A DNA stretch of 63,932 bases, counting the filler. It is 9 parts of 9 records of this genome, joined end to end, with 100 filler letters (N's around TTAATTAATTAA, not from the genome) between each part and the next. Parts side by side here need not be neighbours in the genome. Positions count along the whole stretch, not along the records: positions 35,888 to 46,539 come from SRR31147125_32171; positions 46,640 to 51,740 come from SRR31147125_32172; positions 51,841 to 58,814 come from SRR31147125_32277; 6 more parts are not named here. One strand, 5' to 3'. A program made the translations under genes and the position numbers. The notes below the pieces were generated by a model. The model did no database searches. It was not told where the DNA came from and worked only from the letters and a program-made list of their open reading frames with translations. This document shows, in pieces, positions 41,979 to 53,490 of the stretch (positions are counted from its first letter, which is position 1; each line of letters begins with the position of its first letter).

Positions 41979-42362
41979 ATGAACGAAGAATTTGACCACT
42001 CCATGGAAGTATTAATTGTTGATGACAACCCAATAAATCATCGTGTCGTTTTGTTTTCCCTTAGGGATCAATTTAAAAATATTGACACCGCCCTTAACGG
42101 ACAGGAAGCAGTTGATAAGTTTAAAGAGAAACATTATGATTTAATTTTGATGGATCTGAGGATGCCTATAATGGATGGTAAAGATGCTGCCAGAAACATT
42201 CGAGAGTACATTACTGCTGAAGGAATTGAAAAGCCTGTGAAAATTGTTGCAATGACTGCCAGTGATATGAGAGAAGATACTCAGGCATGTTTAGAAGCAG
42301 GCATGGATGCATATTTATATAAACCATTTCGCATTCAAGAACTATTTAAGGCGATTAAATAA
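41979..42362 (+). CDS. Stand-alone response regulator receiver
   Basis: VLIVDDNPIN, DLILMDLRMPIMDG, IVAMTA, AGMDAYLYKP. Confidence 0.92.
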   Translation: MNEEFDHSMEVLIVDDNPINHRVVLFSLRDQFKNIDTALNGQEAVDKFKEKHYDLILMDLRMPIMDGKDAARNIREYITAEGIEKPVKIVAMTASDMREDTQACLEAGMDAYLYKPFRIQELFKAIK

Positions 42363-42396
42363 TCATAGAAGATTCGCTTAAAATCAGCATTCTTTA

Positions 42397-42404
42397 TATT
42401 TTTG
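42397..42404 (+). promoter_or_regulatory. Bacteroidota -7 promoter box upstream of mutS2
   Basis: TATTTTTG matches TAnnTTTG; ends 19 nt before the ATG. Confidence 0.45.
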
Positions 42405-42423
42405 CCGTTCAAAAGAAAAATAA

Positions 42424-44910
42424 ATGGCAAGAATCTATCCAGAAAATTTTGAAGTTAAAATTGGTTTTGATCGTGTTCGTGACCTTTTGAAGTTGAATTG
42501 TTTAAGTTCGCTTGGAAGAGATTGCGTGGATGATATTGTTTTTATGACCAGTTTTAATAAAATCATTTTTGAACTTTCAGCTACTGAAGAATTTGCCAGA
42601 TTAATAAAAGAGACAGATAATTTTCCAACAAACTTCTACTTTGATTTGAGGGAATCGCTTTCGAAAATTAGAACTGAAGGTCGTTTCCTTGAAGTAAGTG
42701 AATTGTTTGACTTGAAAAGGTCTTTGGAAACAATTACAGGAATAGTTAGATTTCTTCAGAATCAGGATGAAACCCTTTATCCGACATTAAAAAAAATAAT
42801 CAAACAGGTTCAATTATTTCCGTTCATAAAAGAACGAATTGAAAAGATTATTACTCAGCATGGAAGTATAAAAGATTCAGCATCTCCTGAGTTAGCACAG
42901 GTTCGCAGAGAATTGCACAATAAGCAAACAAATGTTTCTAAACGCTTGCATAGTATATTGAAACAAGCACAGCGAGATGGGCTTGTGGATGAAGACGCTT
43001 CTGTAGCCATTCGTGATGGTCGACCGGTTATTCCTGTCTCTTCGGCTGTAAAACGGAAACTTGGGGGGATTGTGCATGATGAATCAGCAACTGGGAAAAC
43101 TGCTTATGTTGAGCCTTCAGAGGTGGTTGAGATGAATAATGAAATTCGTGAGTTGGAGTATGCTGAAAAAAGAGAAATTGTAAAAATACTGGTTACATTT
43201 TCAGATGATATCCGACCTTATCTTGATGATCTGTTTGATTTGTATAAGTTTTTAGGGACGGTTGATTTTATTCGTTCTAAAGCAATATTGGGAAATCGAA
43301 TGGATGCAATTAAACCCACTATCGATAATCAATGTCAGTTATTTTGGGAGAAGGCTGTTCATCCGTTATTGAAATTTAATCTTCAAAAAGAAAAAAGGGA
43401 AGTGGTTCCATTGAATATTGAACTGAGTCCTGAGAAACATATTTTATTGATTTCTGGCCCAAATGCTGGTGGGAAATCGGTGTGTTTGAAAACCACTGGT
43501 TTATTGCAGTATATGCTGCAATGTGGATTAATGATTCCAATTGATGAAACTAGTCGCGCTGGTATTTTCGATCAGCTTTTTATTGATATCGGTGATGAAC
43601 AATCCATTGAAAACGATTTAAGTACATATAGCTCACATTTGCTAAATATGAAGCATTTCCTGAAAAATGGGAATGATCGTACACTTATTTTAATCGATGA
43701 ATTTGGAACTGGTACAGAACCGATGCTTGGAGGTGCAATTGCTGAAACTATTTTGGATGAGCTGAATCAAAGAGGTTGTTTCGGATTGATTACAACTCAC
43801 TACACCAACTTGAAACATTTTGCATCATCAGCTGAGGGAATAGAGAATGGAGCAATGATGTATGATTCACACAAAATGGAACCTTTGTTTCAGCTTCAAA
43901 TTGGAAAGCCTGGGAGTTCTTTTGCTTTTGAAATAGCCCGTAAAATTGGTCTGCCAGAAACAATTCTTCAGGAGGCAACAGATAAAGTTGGAAAGGATCA
44001 TATTCACTTTGATAAACATTTAAGGGATATTGTTCGCGATAAGCGCTATTGGGAATCTAAACGACAACGGATTAGAAAAGTAGAGCGCTCTCTTGATGAT
44101 TTGGCTGAACGTTATGAAACAGATCTTTCAGATATTAGTAAGCAGCGAAAAAGGATTGTTAAGGAAGCTCGTGAGGAGGCTGAACAGATTGTTTCGGAGG
44201 CAAATAGAAAGGTTGAAAATACCATTAGAGAGATTCGTGAGAGTCAGGCAGAAAAAGAAAAAACTAAATCTGTACGTAAAGATCTTCAGCAGTTTAAGGA
44301 AAAATTAGAAGAGAAAGATACTGACAAGGATGATGATTGGATCAATCGTAAGATTGAAAAGCTAAAGCAAAAAGAACATCGGAGAAATAAAAAACGTCCT
44401 GAATCAAAAGAAAAGAAACAAGTTCAGCAAAAAGAAAAAATAGAATTAGCTCTTGGTGATCATGTTAAAATTGAAGGACAAAATAGTATTGGAGAAATTA
44501 TAGAACTTGGTTCTAAAAATGCGGTTGTTGCTTTTGGTCAGCTGCGTACTTCTGTTAGCCAAAATAAACTTCAACGAGTAAGTAATAACGAGGCAAAAAA
44601 AGAACTTCGTGGTACAAATAAGACGCTACCCAATGTTCATCGAAAACTATCTGATAAAAAGATGAGTTTTAAGTCGGAAATTGATATTCGAGGACAACGT
44701 GCAGAAGAAGCTATTTCAAATATTCAAACTTTTATTGATGAAGCCATTATGCTCGATGTACATGAACTTAGGATTCTTCATGGCAAAGGAAATGGTATTT
44801 TGAAAGAAGTTATTCGTGGATTTCTAAAATCTGATCCAATTGTTCGTTCATTTCGCGATGAACATGTTCAGCTTGGAGGTTCTGGAATTACAATTGTTGA
44901 ACTCGATTAG
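42424..44910 (+). CDS. mutS2: MutS2 with C-terminal Smr domain
   Basis: ISGPNAGGKS, DIGDEQSIENDLSTYSSH, DEFGTGTEP, coiled coil, KOW and Smr DIRGQR...LHGKGNGIL. Confidence 0.96.
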   Translation: MARIYPENFEVKIGFDRVRDLLKLNCLSSLGRDCVDDIVFMTSFNKIIFELSATEEFARLIKETDNFPTNFYFDLRESLSKIRTEGRFLEVSELFDLKRSLETITGIVRFLQNQDETLYPTLKKIIKQVQLFPFIKERIEKIITQHGSIKDSASPELAQVRRELHNKQTNVSKRLHSILKQAQRDGLVDEDASVAIRDGRPVIPVSSAVKRKLGGIVHDESATGKTAYVEPSEVVEMNNEIRELEYAEKREIVKILVTFSDDIRPYLDDLFDLYKFLGTVDFIRSKAILGNRMDAIKPTIDNQCQLFWEKAVHPLLKFNLQKEKREVVPLNIELSPEKHILLISGPNAGGKSVCLKTTGLLQYMLQCGLMIPIDETSRAGIFDQLFIDIGDEQSIENDLSTYSSHLLNMKHFLKNGNDRTLILIDEFGTGTEPMLGGAIAETILDELNQRGCFGLITTHYTNLKHFASSAEGIENGAMMYDSHKMEPLFQLQIGKPGSSFAFEIARKIGLPETILQEATDKVGKDHIHFDKHLRDIVRDKRYWESKRQRIRKVERSLDDLAERYETDLSDISKQRKRIVKEAREEAEQIVSEANRKVENTIREIRESQAEKEKTKSVRKDLQQFKEKLEEKDTDKDDDWINRKIEKLKQKEHRRNKKRPESKEKKQVQQKEKIELALGDHVKIEGQNSIGEIIELGSKNAVVAFGQLRTSVSQNKLQRVSNNEAKKELRGTNKTLPNVHRKLSDKKMSFKSEIDIRGQRAEEAISNIQTFIDEAIMLDVHELRILHGKGNGILKEVIRGFLKSDPIVRSFRDEHVQLGGSGITIVELD

Positions 44911-46239
44911 TTTTTTCTGGAATTAGTAAGATTATTAAGTTAACAATAAAAGCCACAATAATAATCCAATTACCAATAGGGTTATCCCAAACTGAAACCA
45001 TTATTTTCCCTATTAATGCAATTATTCCTCCTGAAATCATTGCCCAAATACTGAGCCTTTCATTTACTTTCCAATTAAGAAGTGCAGCCAGTAGTGGAAT
45101 AATAAAAGCACCTGAATAGAAGGCAAGGGCAAGTAGCAGGCTTCCAATAATCGAAGTGATTTTTAATGAAATGAGCATACTTACCAAACCAATGCCAATA
45201 ATAAACAATCGGGTATGGTTCAATGATTTTTTGTTATCAATGTCCGGATTTATTAACTCACTCAACATCATTGATGCTGTTAAAAGCGTTGTGTCTGCAG
45301 ATGAGAGTACAGCTGATAATAAAGCAGCTGCCATTAAACCAACACTCCATTCAGGTAAATATGCGTTAATTACTTCAATCAAAGCTACAGAGCCTTTTAA
45401 TGATTCTTGCGGTAGATTGGCAAAGGCAAAAACTCCTAAATATGCCATTAGAAATGCAAGAGGGATTAGAGCTGTTGCAACAACAATGATGCTTTTTTGG
45501 GCAACCTGTTCATCTTTTGCGCAAAAAACCCGCGAATAGATGTCGGGGCCAACTATGAATGTGCTTGAAAAAGTTAGGATAAGAATAAACAGATCAATCC
45601 CAGTAAAGTCTGGATTGAAAGGAAAACTTTGCTGAATTGATGGAACAGAAGAATTCGAATTACTGCCCAGAATAAAGGCACTGATAATCAATCCGATTAT
45701 GATTATTGCAGATTGAAAAAAATCTGTTTTAAGTATTGAAACCTGACCACCAACCAAGGTGTAAAGAATAAAAACGGCACTGGCAATAAATACCCCATTC
45801 TCATAGCTGATTTCAAAAAAGCTAAATAAAATTTTTGAAGCAGCAATTATTTGTGCAGCTACAATTCCGGTCCATGCAATTGGTATAATTACTGAAGCAA
45901 CTTTTCTTGAAGTACTTCCATAATATTGCCCTAACAAATTTGCAATAGTAAACTTACCTTTAATATTCACTCTTCGAACAAATGGGATTAGTAACCATAA
46001 ACCCACAGAAGCAGATAATAAATACCAAGCTGATGCCCAAGCCTGTTGACCTGCCAAATTCACAGATCCAAGAATTGCAGAACCTCCAAGTATGGTTGCC
46101 ATTAGGCTTCCTGCAACCTGCCAGAAGCCACTTTTTTTCCACCAATAAAATAATCGCTCGGCTTTTTAATCTTAAAAAAAGAATAAATGCCGATCCCGAT
46201 AATCAGTACAAAATAAATTATGAGAATGGATACCTTCAT
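44888..46239 (-). CDS. Sodium:solute symporter family protein (frameshift at 46132-46138)
   Basis: Reconstructed N-terminus MKVSILIIYF...SDYFIGGKK/SGFWQVAGSLMATILGG; YTLVGGQ...TDFFQ; SAVLSSADT; many TM helices. Confidence 0.88.
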
Positions 46240-46539
46240 TTGTAGCAACAAAAATAGATATTGATGGTGATTTATTACTTAGAAATGAAAAAAATATAAA
46301 ATGAATGAAGTAGTTTGCTGTGTTTGCTTGTCCTATTAGGATAAATATAAACATCCCGATTAAGAAAAAGAATTATTACAATGGAGATTGGGAGTTGGCA
46401 GATATGTCAAACAATTCAACTAAATGGTATACAACATTGTATTATTTAATAGTGATATACGGAAATTGGCTAGTTTTAGCAACTCCATTTAGGGATTAAA
46501 TAAATAGAACGTGGGGTCACTTGCAGAGAAGATATTATT

Positions 46540-46639
46540 NNNNNNNNNNNNNNNNNNNNNNNNNNNNNNNNNNNNNNNNNNNNTTAATTAATTAANNNNN
46601 NNNNNNNNNNNNNNNNNNNNNNNNNNNNNNNNNNNNNNN
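46540..46639. other. Artificial contig linker
   Basis: N-run/TTAATTAATTAA/N-run. Confidence 0.99.
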
Positions 46640-47077
46640 ATTTGCTTACTGATGATATTATGTTCAGTTTTGGGGCTACGACTGTTCTTGCTGCGAATTC
46701 TGCTGAAATGCCGGCGGGTTACGTTATCGGGACGGGACAAGCTACTGGTGAGTCGGATCTCTATATCTACTTTAACGCAAATTGTGTTTCTGTACCTGTG
46801 CGAGTTTTACAGGTGCGTTGCAGGGCACACTTACTGCTTCAGGACTAGATACAATGTACGCGCAGTCCCTAACTATTGATGGAAATTCACCTGCAACGCC
46901 GATTAGCCTTGTAGGCATTATTGTTAGTGACCAATTCGAAGGTAGGTCGAGAAGATAAAGTTATCGAGTTTGAATGCTTTATCGTTCTTCTTATCCAACT
47001 TAATGCGTAGTCAATAACTAAATATCCTTGCGGATAAACTCTCATGTCATTAATTGTAAAGTAAAACAGCCCGTTAC

Positions 47078-48151
47078 TTAATAGTTCACAATATCTGTTA
47101 TGGTAACTTGAAGCGCCTCACGGTCATTAGCCAAGTCTATATATGTTTCAGGCGCCTTATGTTTGCTTATAAGCTTAACTACAGGCCGCAGACTTGCGCC
47201 TTCATTGTTCTTTACTACTATAGCTGTGTCTTCAGAGCTGAGTTTTACACATGTCCCGATTGGATAAGGTGCAATTTTTTTCATCAAAGCGTTCACGATT
47301 TCCGGATCGAATTTAGTGTTATACTCGCTCATGATATATTCGATGGCGTCAGAGGGAAGCATTGCTTTTCGGTATGGTCGGTCAGAAGTCAAGGCATCAT
47401 AAACATCTGCAACACATGCTATTCGTCCAAACAGACTTATATTATCTCCTGATAGGCCTCTGGGATATCCGCCTCCATCGTATGACTCGTGATGCGATAG
47501 GGCAGTTTCTAATACAGATTCTGAAATTTTGGTGTTCTTTATCAAAAATCTATAGCCAAGCTCACTGTGCTTTTTCATTTCTCGGAATTCTTCATCAGTA
47601 AGTTTACCAGGCTTGTTCAAGATTCTTTTGTCTATAAATATTTTCCCTGTGTCATGAAGCAATGCGCCCATGGCCAGTTCGCAGAGAAGTGTTTTGCTGA
47701 GCCCTAACACTGTGCCAATCACTGTAGATAAAATAGCCACATTTAAACTGTGGCTGTAAGTATAATCATCGTATGTACGGATATCAATAATATTGACCAT
47801 AACATAGCGGTTGCGCAGGATCTCATCAACTATATGCTGAATTTGATTCTTAGCAGAGCCCAAGTGTTTTCTGAATGTTGAAACAGCATTTTTCTCTGCA
47901 CTGTCAAGCAGTGTTTCGACCTCACTTTTTGCCCACATCCGCAGTTCCGGACTTATTACGTCCTTAATATAGAGCCCGGCAGAGATTTCATCGTCAATAT
48001 AGACTCCCTGGTAGCCGAGTTGATTAATGCGGTTAATTAGTGATTGAGTCAGTGTTTTTCCTCGGCGCAGCATTATTAGCTTTTTGGATAGTAACAAATC
48101 GTGTGCTAAAATCTGTCCGGGCTTAAGATGTCTTGCTGGTATATAACGCAT
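47078..48151 (-). CDS. HD-GYP cyclic dinucleotide phosphodiesterase
   Basis: YTYSHSLNVA, LLHDTGK, HHESYDGGGYP, VADVYDALTSDRPYRK. Confidence 0.93.
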   Translation of the reverse strand: MRYIPARHLKPGQILAHDLLLSKKLIMLRRGKTLTQSLINRINQLGYQGVYIDDEISAGLYIKDVISPELRMWAKSEVETLLDSAEKNAVSTFRKHLGSAKNQIQHIVDEILRNRYVMVNIIDIRTYDDYTYSHSLNVAILSTVIGTVLGLSKTLLCELAMGALLHDTGKIFIDKRILNKPGKLTDEEFREMKKHSELGYRFLIKNTKISESVLETALSHHESYDGGGYPRGLSGDNISLFGRIACVADVYDALTSDRPYRKAMLPSDAIEYIMSEYNTKFDPEIVNALMKKIAPYPIGTCVKLSSEDTAIVVKNNEGASLRPVVKLISKHKAPETYIDLANDREALQVTITDIVNY

Positions 48152-48162
48152 AATTTATGACC

Positions 48163-50169
48163 TTAATAATCCATTACTAATCCATTTATTTCTACAATCA
48201 AACTGATACTTCCGTTTCCTAAGATTGTACAGCCAGCAATACTTTTATTGTGCCTTAGCATCTTTGATATATATACAGGCATAGGTTTAACGACTATCGG
48301 CTGTTCTCCGACGAGGTTGTCTACAAATATGCAGTAAGTCCGGGTATCGGATTCAACTATTACCAGTATACCATCCTGAAGTTCTGATATCTGTGTGTCA
48401 ACATTAAAAAGATCGTGAAGACGTATGATTGGATAACAGTTGCCCCGAATGTATATATTCTCATTTCCATCTGTATCAGTAAAGATATCCTGCAATGATG
48501 GTTTAAGCGATTCTTTTATAGACAGCAGAGGAATGATGTATGTCTGGTCGCCTACAACGACCTGCATTCCGTCAATAATAGCCAGTGTAAGAGGTATACG
48601 TATTTGTACACTCATTCCGCTGCCTGGAGAACTGTTGACAGATACTGAACCGCCCATTTTCTCTATATTGTTCATGGCCACATCCATACCTACTCCACGA
48701 CCTGAAAACTCAGTAACTTTTTTCTTCGTAGAAAAACCGGATGCAAATATTAGAGAATACGCTTCTTTATCAGAAACTTCAGAAGCAGGCTTTTTGATAA
48801 GCCCTTTCTCGATTCCCTTTGAAACCAGAATATCTTTATTAAGTCCTCGACCGTCATCAGAAACAGTTATCATTACATCGCCCCCGGTGTTGCGTGCTTC
48901 AAGCACGATTTCGCCGACAGGCTCTTTTTGGCTTTTAATACGCTCTTCTTCTGACTCCAAGCCATGGTCCATAGCGTTTCTGATTATATGCATCAGCGGG
49001 TCTGAGAGGTTGTCGAGTATGTTCTTATCAAGCTCTGTATCTTCACCTATGATAGTCAGCTTAGCCTTTTTATTTACTTTTGCAGACATGTCACGGACTA
49101 TCCGTTCCATTTTACGAAACGTTGCCGAAACGGGTATCATTCGAATAGACATCACGATATCCTGCAGCTCATCCGTAAGTTTTCTAAGCTGCCGTGCGGC
49201 CTTATCAAAGCTTTCAATCTGAAGCTCTTGGATCTCGGGGTTTTTTGTTACAGTTGATTCAGCAATGACGATCTCACCAACTATGTCCATTAGAGAATCT
49301 AGCTTATTTAAGTTAACGCTCATGAAGTTTTGTTTAACTGCAGTCTTATCATGCTCTTTTGCTTCTTGTCGTTTTGATGTTTGATTGTTGTTTGTCTTAG
49401 CCGATTCTGTTTTAAATATCTTGGCTTCTTCGTTACTGTCAAGTTCTTCAAATTCAAAATTCTTTATAAACAGGGTCTTTTGTATTACACTTAAAAGATC
49501 GTCTTTAGATTCGTCTGTGAGCATAAACAAAACAAACCCGTTTGCGGCAATATCATCGCAATTCTTTTCAGCCAGCTCTCTTGGTTCAGTAATGATATGG
49601 CTGCATAGATTTTCAAGTGCTTTTACGACTCCAAGGGCTCTTATATGCTCCATCTTGCTGTCTTCCTGAAAACGAACTATTGATTTATAACAATGACTGC
49701 CTTTTGATATAGATTCGTTTATAAATATCGCATCATCGTTGTCCGTGCGTTCTGTTACAGAGTCATTTTTTCTATTTATAAGTATCTCATGAAAATCTTT
49801 TATACGCTTTATGATTTCTTTTGAATCCCCGTCAGGCAGACCATTACTTAGGATTTTTGTCATTTCGTCCTTAATAAAATCCAGCGTTTCGAATCCAAGG
49901 TTAAATATTTTTTGATTGTCGTCTTTTCGGATATTATGTTCACGCAGATAATCAAAAAGATCCTCCATAGCATGTGAAAGGTTAGCGATGCTGTCAAAAT
50001 TCATCATCGCTGAAGATCCTTTGACCGTATGAAGTATACGGAAGATATCTGCTATTTGTTCAGGTGAAAATGATTGATCTTTTTCACAGTCCAAAAGGAT
50101 CAATTCCAATTTTTCTAAAAGCTGCTCATTTTCATAGATATAGACGTCAAGCATTGAATCGTTAGACAT
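48163..50169 (-). CDS. cheA: Chemotaxis histidine kinase
   Basis: Hpt FRILHTVKGSS, HIIRNAMDHG, DDGRGL, SGRGVGMDV and C-terminal CheW domain. Confidence 0.96.
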   Translation of the reverse strand: MSNDSMLDVYIYENEQLLEKLELILLDCEKDQSFSPEQIADIFRILHTVKGSSAMMNFDSIANLSHAMEDLFDYLREHNIRKDDNQKIFNLGFETLDFIKDEMTKILSNGLPDGDSKEIIKRIKDFHEILINRKNDSVTERTDNDDAIFINESISKGSHCYKSIVRFQEDSKMEHIRALGVVKALENLCSHIITEPRELAEKNCDDIAANGFVLFMLTDESKDDLLSVIQKTLFIKNFEFEELDSNEEAKIFKTESAKTNNNQTSKRQEAKEHDKTAVKQNFMSVNLNKLDSLMDIVGEIVIAESTVTKNPEIQELQIESFDKAARQLRKLTDELQDIVMSIRMIPVSATFRKMERIVRDMSAKVNKKAKLTIIGEDTELDKNILDNLSDPLMHIIRNAMDHGLESEEERIKSQKEPVGEIVLEARNTGGDVMITVSDDGRGLNKDILVSKGIEKGLIKKPASEVSDKEAYSLIFASGFSTKKKVTEFSGRGVGMDVAMNNIEKMGGSVSVNSSPGSGMSVQIRIPLTLAIIDGMQVVVGDQTYIIPLLSIKESLKPSLQDIFTDTDGNENIYIRGNCYPIIRLHDLFNVDTQISELQDGILVIVESDTRTYCIFVDNLVGEQPIVVKPMPVYISKMLRHNKSIAGCTILGNGSISLIVEINGLVMDY

Positions 50170-50211
50170 AGGGTTCCTCCGTTAAGTTAAAAAACCGCCA
50201 AGCTTTAATTA

Positions 50212-50564
50212 CTATAAGTTTTTAAGTGCATCTATTATAACGTCTTCTTTAAACGGTTTTACAATAAAGCCTTTTGCTCCGGTTAATACTGCTTCTCTTA
50301 CCATACTCTCTTGTCCCATGGCAGAAATCATAACAATATTAGCGCCGGGATTAATCTCTAAAATCTTTTTAAGACCGGTGAGACCATCCATCTCCGGCAT
50401 AGTAATATCCATAGTTACTATGTCAGGAGAAGTTCCTGATATTTTTGTATGGCAATCTCACCGTTTTCTGCCTCGCCAACTATTTCATAACCATTGCTTG
50501 AGAGCATCTTTTTGATAGAAACTCTCATAAACGCTGCATCATCCACTACAAGGACTTTCTTCAT
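50212..50564 (-). CDS. cheY: Chemotaxis response regulator (frameshift near 50430)
   Basis: MKKVLVVDDAAFMR...EAENG joined to PDIVTMDITMPEMDG...SAMGQ...FIVKPF; AGGAGG RBS. Confidence 0.92.
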
Positions 50565-50604
50565 TATTAAACCTCCTTAATTTCCAGGCCTTCTTTATAA
50601 GTTA

Positions 50605-51090
50605 TTAAATCAAACGTACAGATTTTGGAGATACTGTACGGATTTGAAGCATATTGCTTTCACAGCAGAATTCTATAGAACGACCTGAACGGCCGCCGAC
50701 ATCTTCACTTATAACGGGAATCCCGTTTTTTTTGAGTACAGCACGGCAGATTTCAACATTTCTAAGTCCTATGTTCATCAGGTCTGTTTTATAAGAATTA
50801 GTGAACATATGCGCACCGCCCGCCAGCTTTGCCAATAAATTTTTATGCCTTGCGCCCGCTGCTGCCATGTGTCCTATAAGCTCGTCTATTGCAGTATCAG
50901 CGAATTTTGACTTATTAATCGAAACGGACGATGCGGGTGCATTTGGAAGCATGATATGTACCATACCTCCGATTTTTAACTTAGAATCGTATAAAACTAA
51001 GCCTACACAAGACCCAAGACCAAGTGTAGCGATTTTATTCGGAGACTTCATTACTTTTTGTTCAGCGATACCTATATACGATATACTCAT
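50605..51090 (-). CDS. cheD: Chemoreceptor glutamine deamidase
   Basis: TLGLGSCVG, GGMVHIMLP, KFADTA, AKLAGGA.MF, IG.RN, EDVGG..GR. Confidence 0.93.
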   Translation of the reverse strand: MSISYIGIAEQKVMKSPNKIATLGLGSCVGLVLYDSKLKIGGMVHIMLPNAPASSVSINKSKFADTAIDELIGHMAAAGARHKNLLAKLAGGAHMFTNSYKTDLMNIGLRNVEICRAVLKKNGIPVISEDVGGRSGRSIEFCCESNMLQIRTVSPKSVRLI

Positions 51091-51091
51091 A

Positions 51092-51708
51092 TTATATTTC
51101 CATAACATTAAGTAATTTTTTATATGAATCTATATCAGGTATCAAAAAAAGTGTCCGTATATGCTGTCTGCCTTGTCCCTGAACTCCGTTTCCAAAAACA
51201 AAACAGCATCGCTGTATTCCCCGTATGCCGCCGCAAGAAGATTCATCACCGCTCCTGCCATATCTATTACAAGCTCGGGCACTGAAACAATAATCTTAAA
51301 ACCAGTCAGTTTAGATATTGCATTTACATAAGAACTGATCAGTATATTGGCAACCTCCTTGAGTGCGGAAATCTGTATATCGCTTAACTCATCCGAACAC
51401 GTCTCTTTTTCTGAATCACCAATGATAGCTTTAGTCAAAGAATGAGCATCGTTTTTATCGAGCACTAGTAGTATAAAACCATTTATGTCTTCAGATATAC
51501 CGACTAGAAGACCGGCAACAACGTTTTCCGGACCTTTTAATACATCACATATTTTTTTATATTCATAAAACTGGATGCGGTGTACATGTATGGAGACCTC
51601 ACGGCCAAGCATAACAGACAAAGATGTTGCAGCATGGCTGACACCTATATTCTCCAGTTCTCTGAAAAAATCAAGTTCATCTTCTTTTATACTAGATTTA
51701 TCAAACAT
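51092..51708 (-). CDS. cheC: Chemotaxis phosphatase (frameshift at 51144-51150 near the C-terminus)
   Basis: D..RELENIG..HAATSLS and SALKEVANIL; corrected end GHFFLIPDIDSYKKLL. Confidence 0.9.
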
Positions 51709-51740
51709 TATTTACCTTAAGTTTACCTTTTTTTACAAGA

Positions 51741-51840
51741 NNNNNNNNNNNNNNNNNNNNNNNNNNNNNNNNNNNNNNNNNNNNTTAATTAATTAANNNN
51801 NNNNNNNNNNNNNNNNNNNNNNNNNNNNNNNNNNNNNNNN
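51741..51840. other. Artificial contig linker
   Basis: N-run/TTAATTAATTAA/N-run. Confidence 0.99.
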
Positions 51841-52007
51841 TTTTAGGGATAATACCCTGGGAACCTATACCCATATCCATGCCCTTGGCACTCCGTCCTG
51901 GGCGCCAGCCCTCGTGGCCAGGGCCAGGGCATATCAGGCTGAAAAAGGGGGACTAAGGGCCTTTAGCAGGCCCTGATTCACGCTCTATCCTTTATTGTCA
52001 CCAGTGA

Positions 52008-52369
52008 TCATACCGCCGCCCCAGGTACCACTTTGAGTTTAGGCGGTTCATCTTTTGTCAGAACCAGATTTTCCTTTTTCCGCACCGGTTTTTTATGTTC
52101 GGTATAGTGGACCAGGCAGTGCTGGGGGCATGCCTCAACGCAAATGCCGCAATAAACGCATGAAAATGGGTTTATCTCCCAGATTTTTCTTTTCTGGATA
52201 CGGTGATGCACTGGGAGGGACATTTTTTGGCGCATATCCCGCAAAGTGTGCACTGGTAAACCTTATTGGCCAGTTCTCCCCTGGCATCCTTGAACCCGGG
52301 CCTCACCTCAATGGGGTAGGCCCGGGTGGCGCTTTTGGATACAAAGTTCCTGAAAATATTTTTTATCAT
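52008..52369 (-). CDS. echF: Ech hydrogenase 2x[4Fe-4S] subunit (frameshift at 52184-52188)
   Basis: ATRAYP...ARGEL; CTLCGICAKKCP and CVYCGICVEACP. Confidence 0.9.
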
Positions 52370-52385
52370 TTTATCGATCCGTAGC

Positions 52386-53462
52386 TTATCGTTCAGTACA
52401 ACTGATGCAGGGGTCAATGGACAGGACAACCACAGGGACGTCCGCCAGTTCAATGCCGGGGAGCATGGCTGCCAGGGGCGGAATATTGGCAAAGGTCGGG
52501 GTCCGGATCCTCAGCCGGTCCAGAAATTTGGTTTTGTTGGCCTTGATGTAATACATACATTCCCCCCTGGGCTGTTCCACCCGCTGGATAATTTCGCCCT
52601 CGGGCTTGCCCTTGACCTTGACAGAGATATCACCTTCGGGCAGGCGTGAAATGGCCTGGCGGACCAGGTCAATGGACTGCAGGGTTTCTCTAAACCGTAC
52701 CACGCCCCTGGCCCAGGCGTCTCCGTCTGTTTCCACCACCGGCTCGAAATCGAGTTCATCAAAGGCTTCATACTTGAGCTGGCGCATATCCTGGACAATA
52801 CCAGAGGCCCTCAGGGTGGGACCTGCGGCCCCAAGTTCATAGGCCGTCTCCCGGGTGAGGACCCCTTTGCCACAGGTCCGCTTTTTCACCGTATAATTGT
52901 TGAGCATGGTGGACTCCAGGTCCTTTAGCTCTTTTTCGATTAAGGCCAGTTCATCCAGTATCCATTTGCATTTTGAGCCGGAAAGATCCCTGCGGACTCC
53001 GCCTACCTGGTTTACGGATACAATCACCCGGTTACCTGCGGTGGCCTCATTGATATCCATGATCCGTTCCCGGATTTTCCAGTACTGCATGAAGACAGAT
53101 TCAAATCCGAATGCGTCTGCATATAGGCCCAGCCAGAGCAGGTGGCTGTGCATCCTGTGAAGTTCGGCCCAGATCACCCTTAGGACCTGGGCTCTTCTGG
53201 GGACCTGGATTTTCATCAAATCCTCGAGACCTTCACAATAACACATGGCGTGCATCATGGAGCAGATGCCGCAGACCCTTTCAACCACCTGAATCATCTG
53301 GTGGAAATCTCTTTTTTCGGCCAGTTTTTCAAGGCCCCGGTGAACGTATCCCAGGGCGGGTGTCGCTTCTTTTACAATCTCGTCCTCTACGGTGAGGGAG
53401 AGGTGGATGGGTTCGGGCAGCACAGGGTGCTGGGGACCGAAAGGTACTATGGTTTTCGACAT
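52386..53462 (-). CDS. echE: Ech [NiFe]-hydrogenase large subunit
   Basis: PFGPQHP, GYVHRGLEK, L1 ERVCGICS and L2 DPCISCTER ending at the stop with no C-terminal extension. Confidence 0.95.
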   Translation of the reverse strand: MSKTIVPFGPQHPVLPEPIHLSLTVEDEIVKEATPALGYVHRGLEKLAEKRDFHQMIQVVERVCGICSMMHAMCYCEGLEDLMKIQVPRRAQVLRVIWAELHRMHSHLLWLGLYADAFGFESVFMQYWKIRERIMDINEATAGNRVIVSVNQVGGVRRDLSGSKCKWILDELALIEKELKDLESTMLNNYTVKKRTCGKGVLTRETAYELGAAGPTLRASGIVQDMRQLKYEAFDELDFEPVVETDGDAWARGVVRFRETLQSIDLVRQAISRLPEGDISVKVKGKPEGEIIQRVEQPRGECMYYIKANKTKFLDRLRIRTPTFANIPPLAAMLPGIELADVPVVVLSIDPCISCTER

Positions 53463-53490
53463 GGGTGTGATTTCCGTTTTGGGTTATTGC

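Noticed and set aside
46240-46960. Short ORF fragments on either side of the 46540-46639 linker
   Set aside because: They are truncated or interrupted with no recognisable motif. 46640-46958 may be a frameshifted gene end, but I cannot support a call.
48440-49222. 260-aa plus-strand ORF
   Set aside because: It is antisense to the conserved cheA core.
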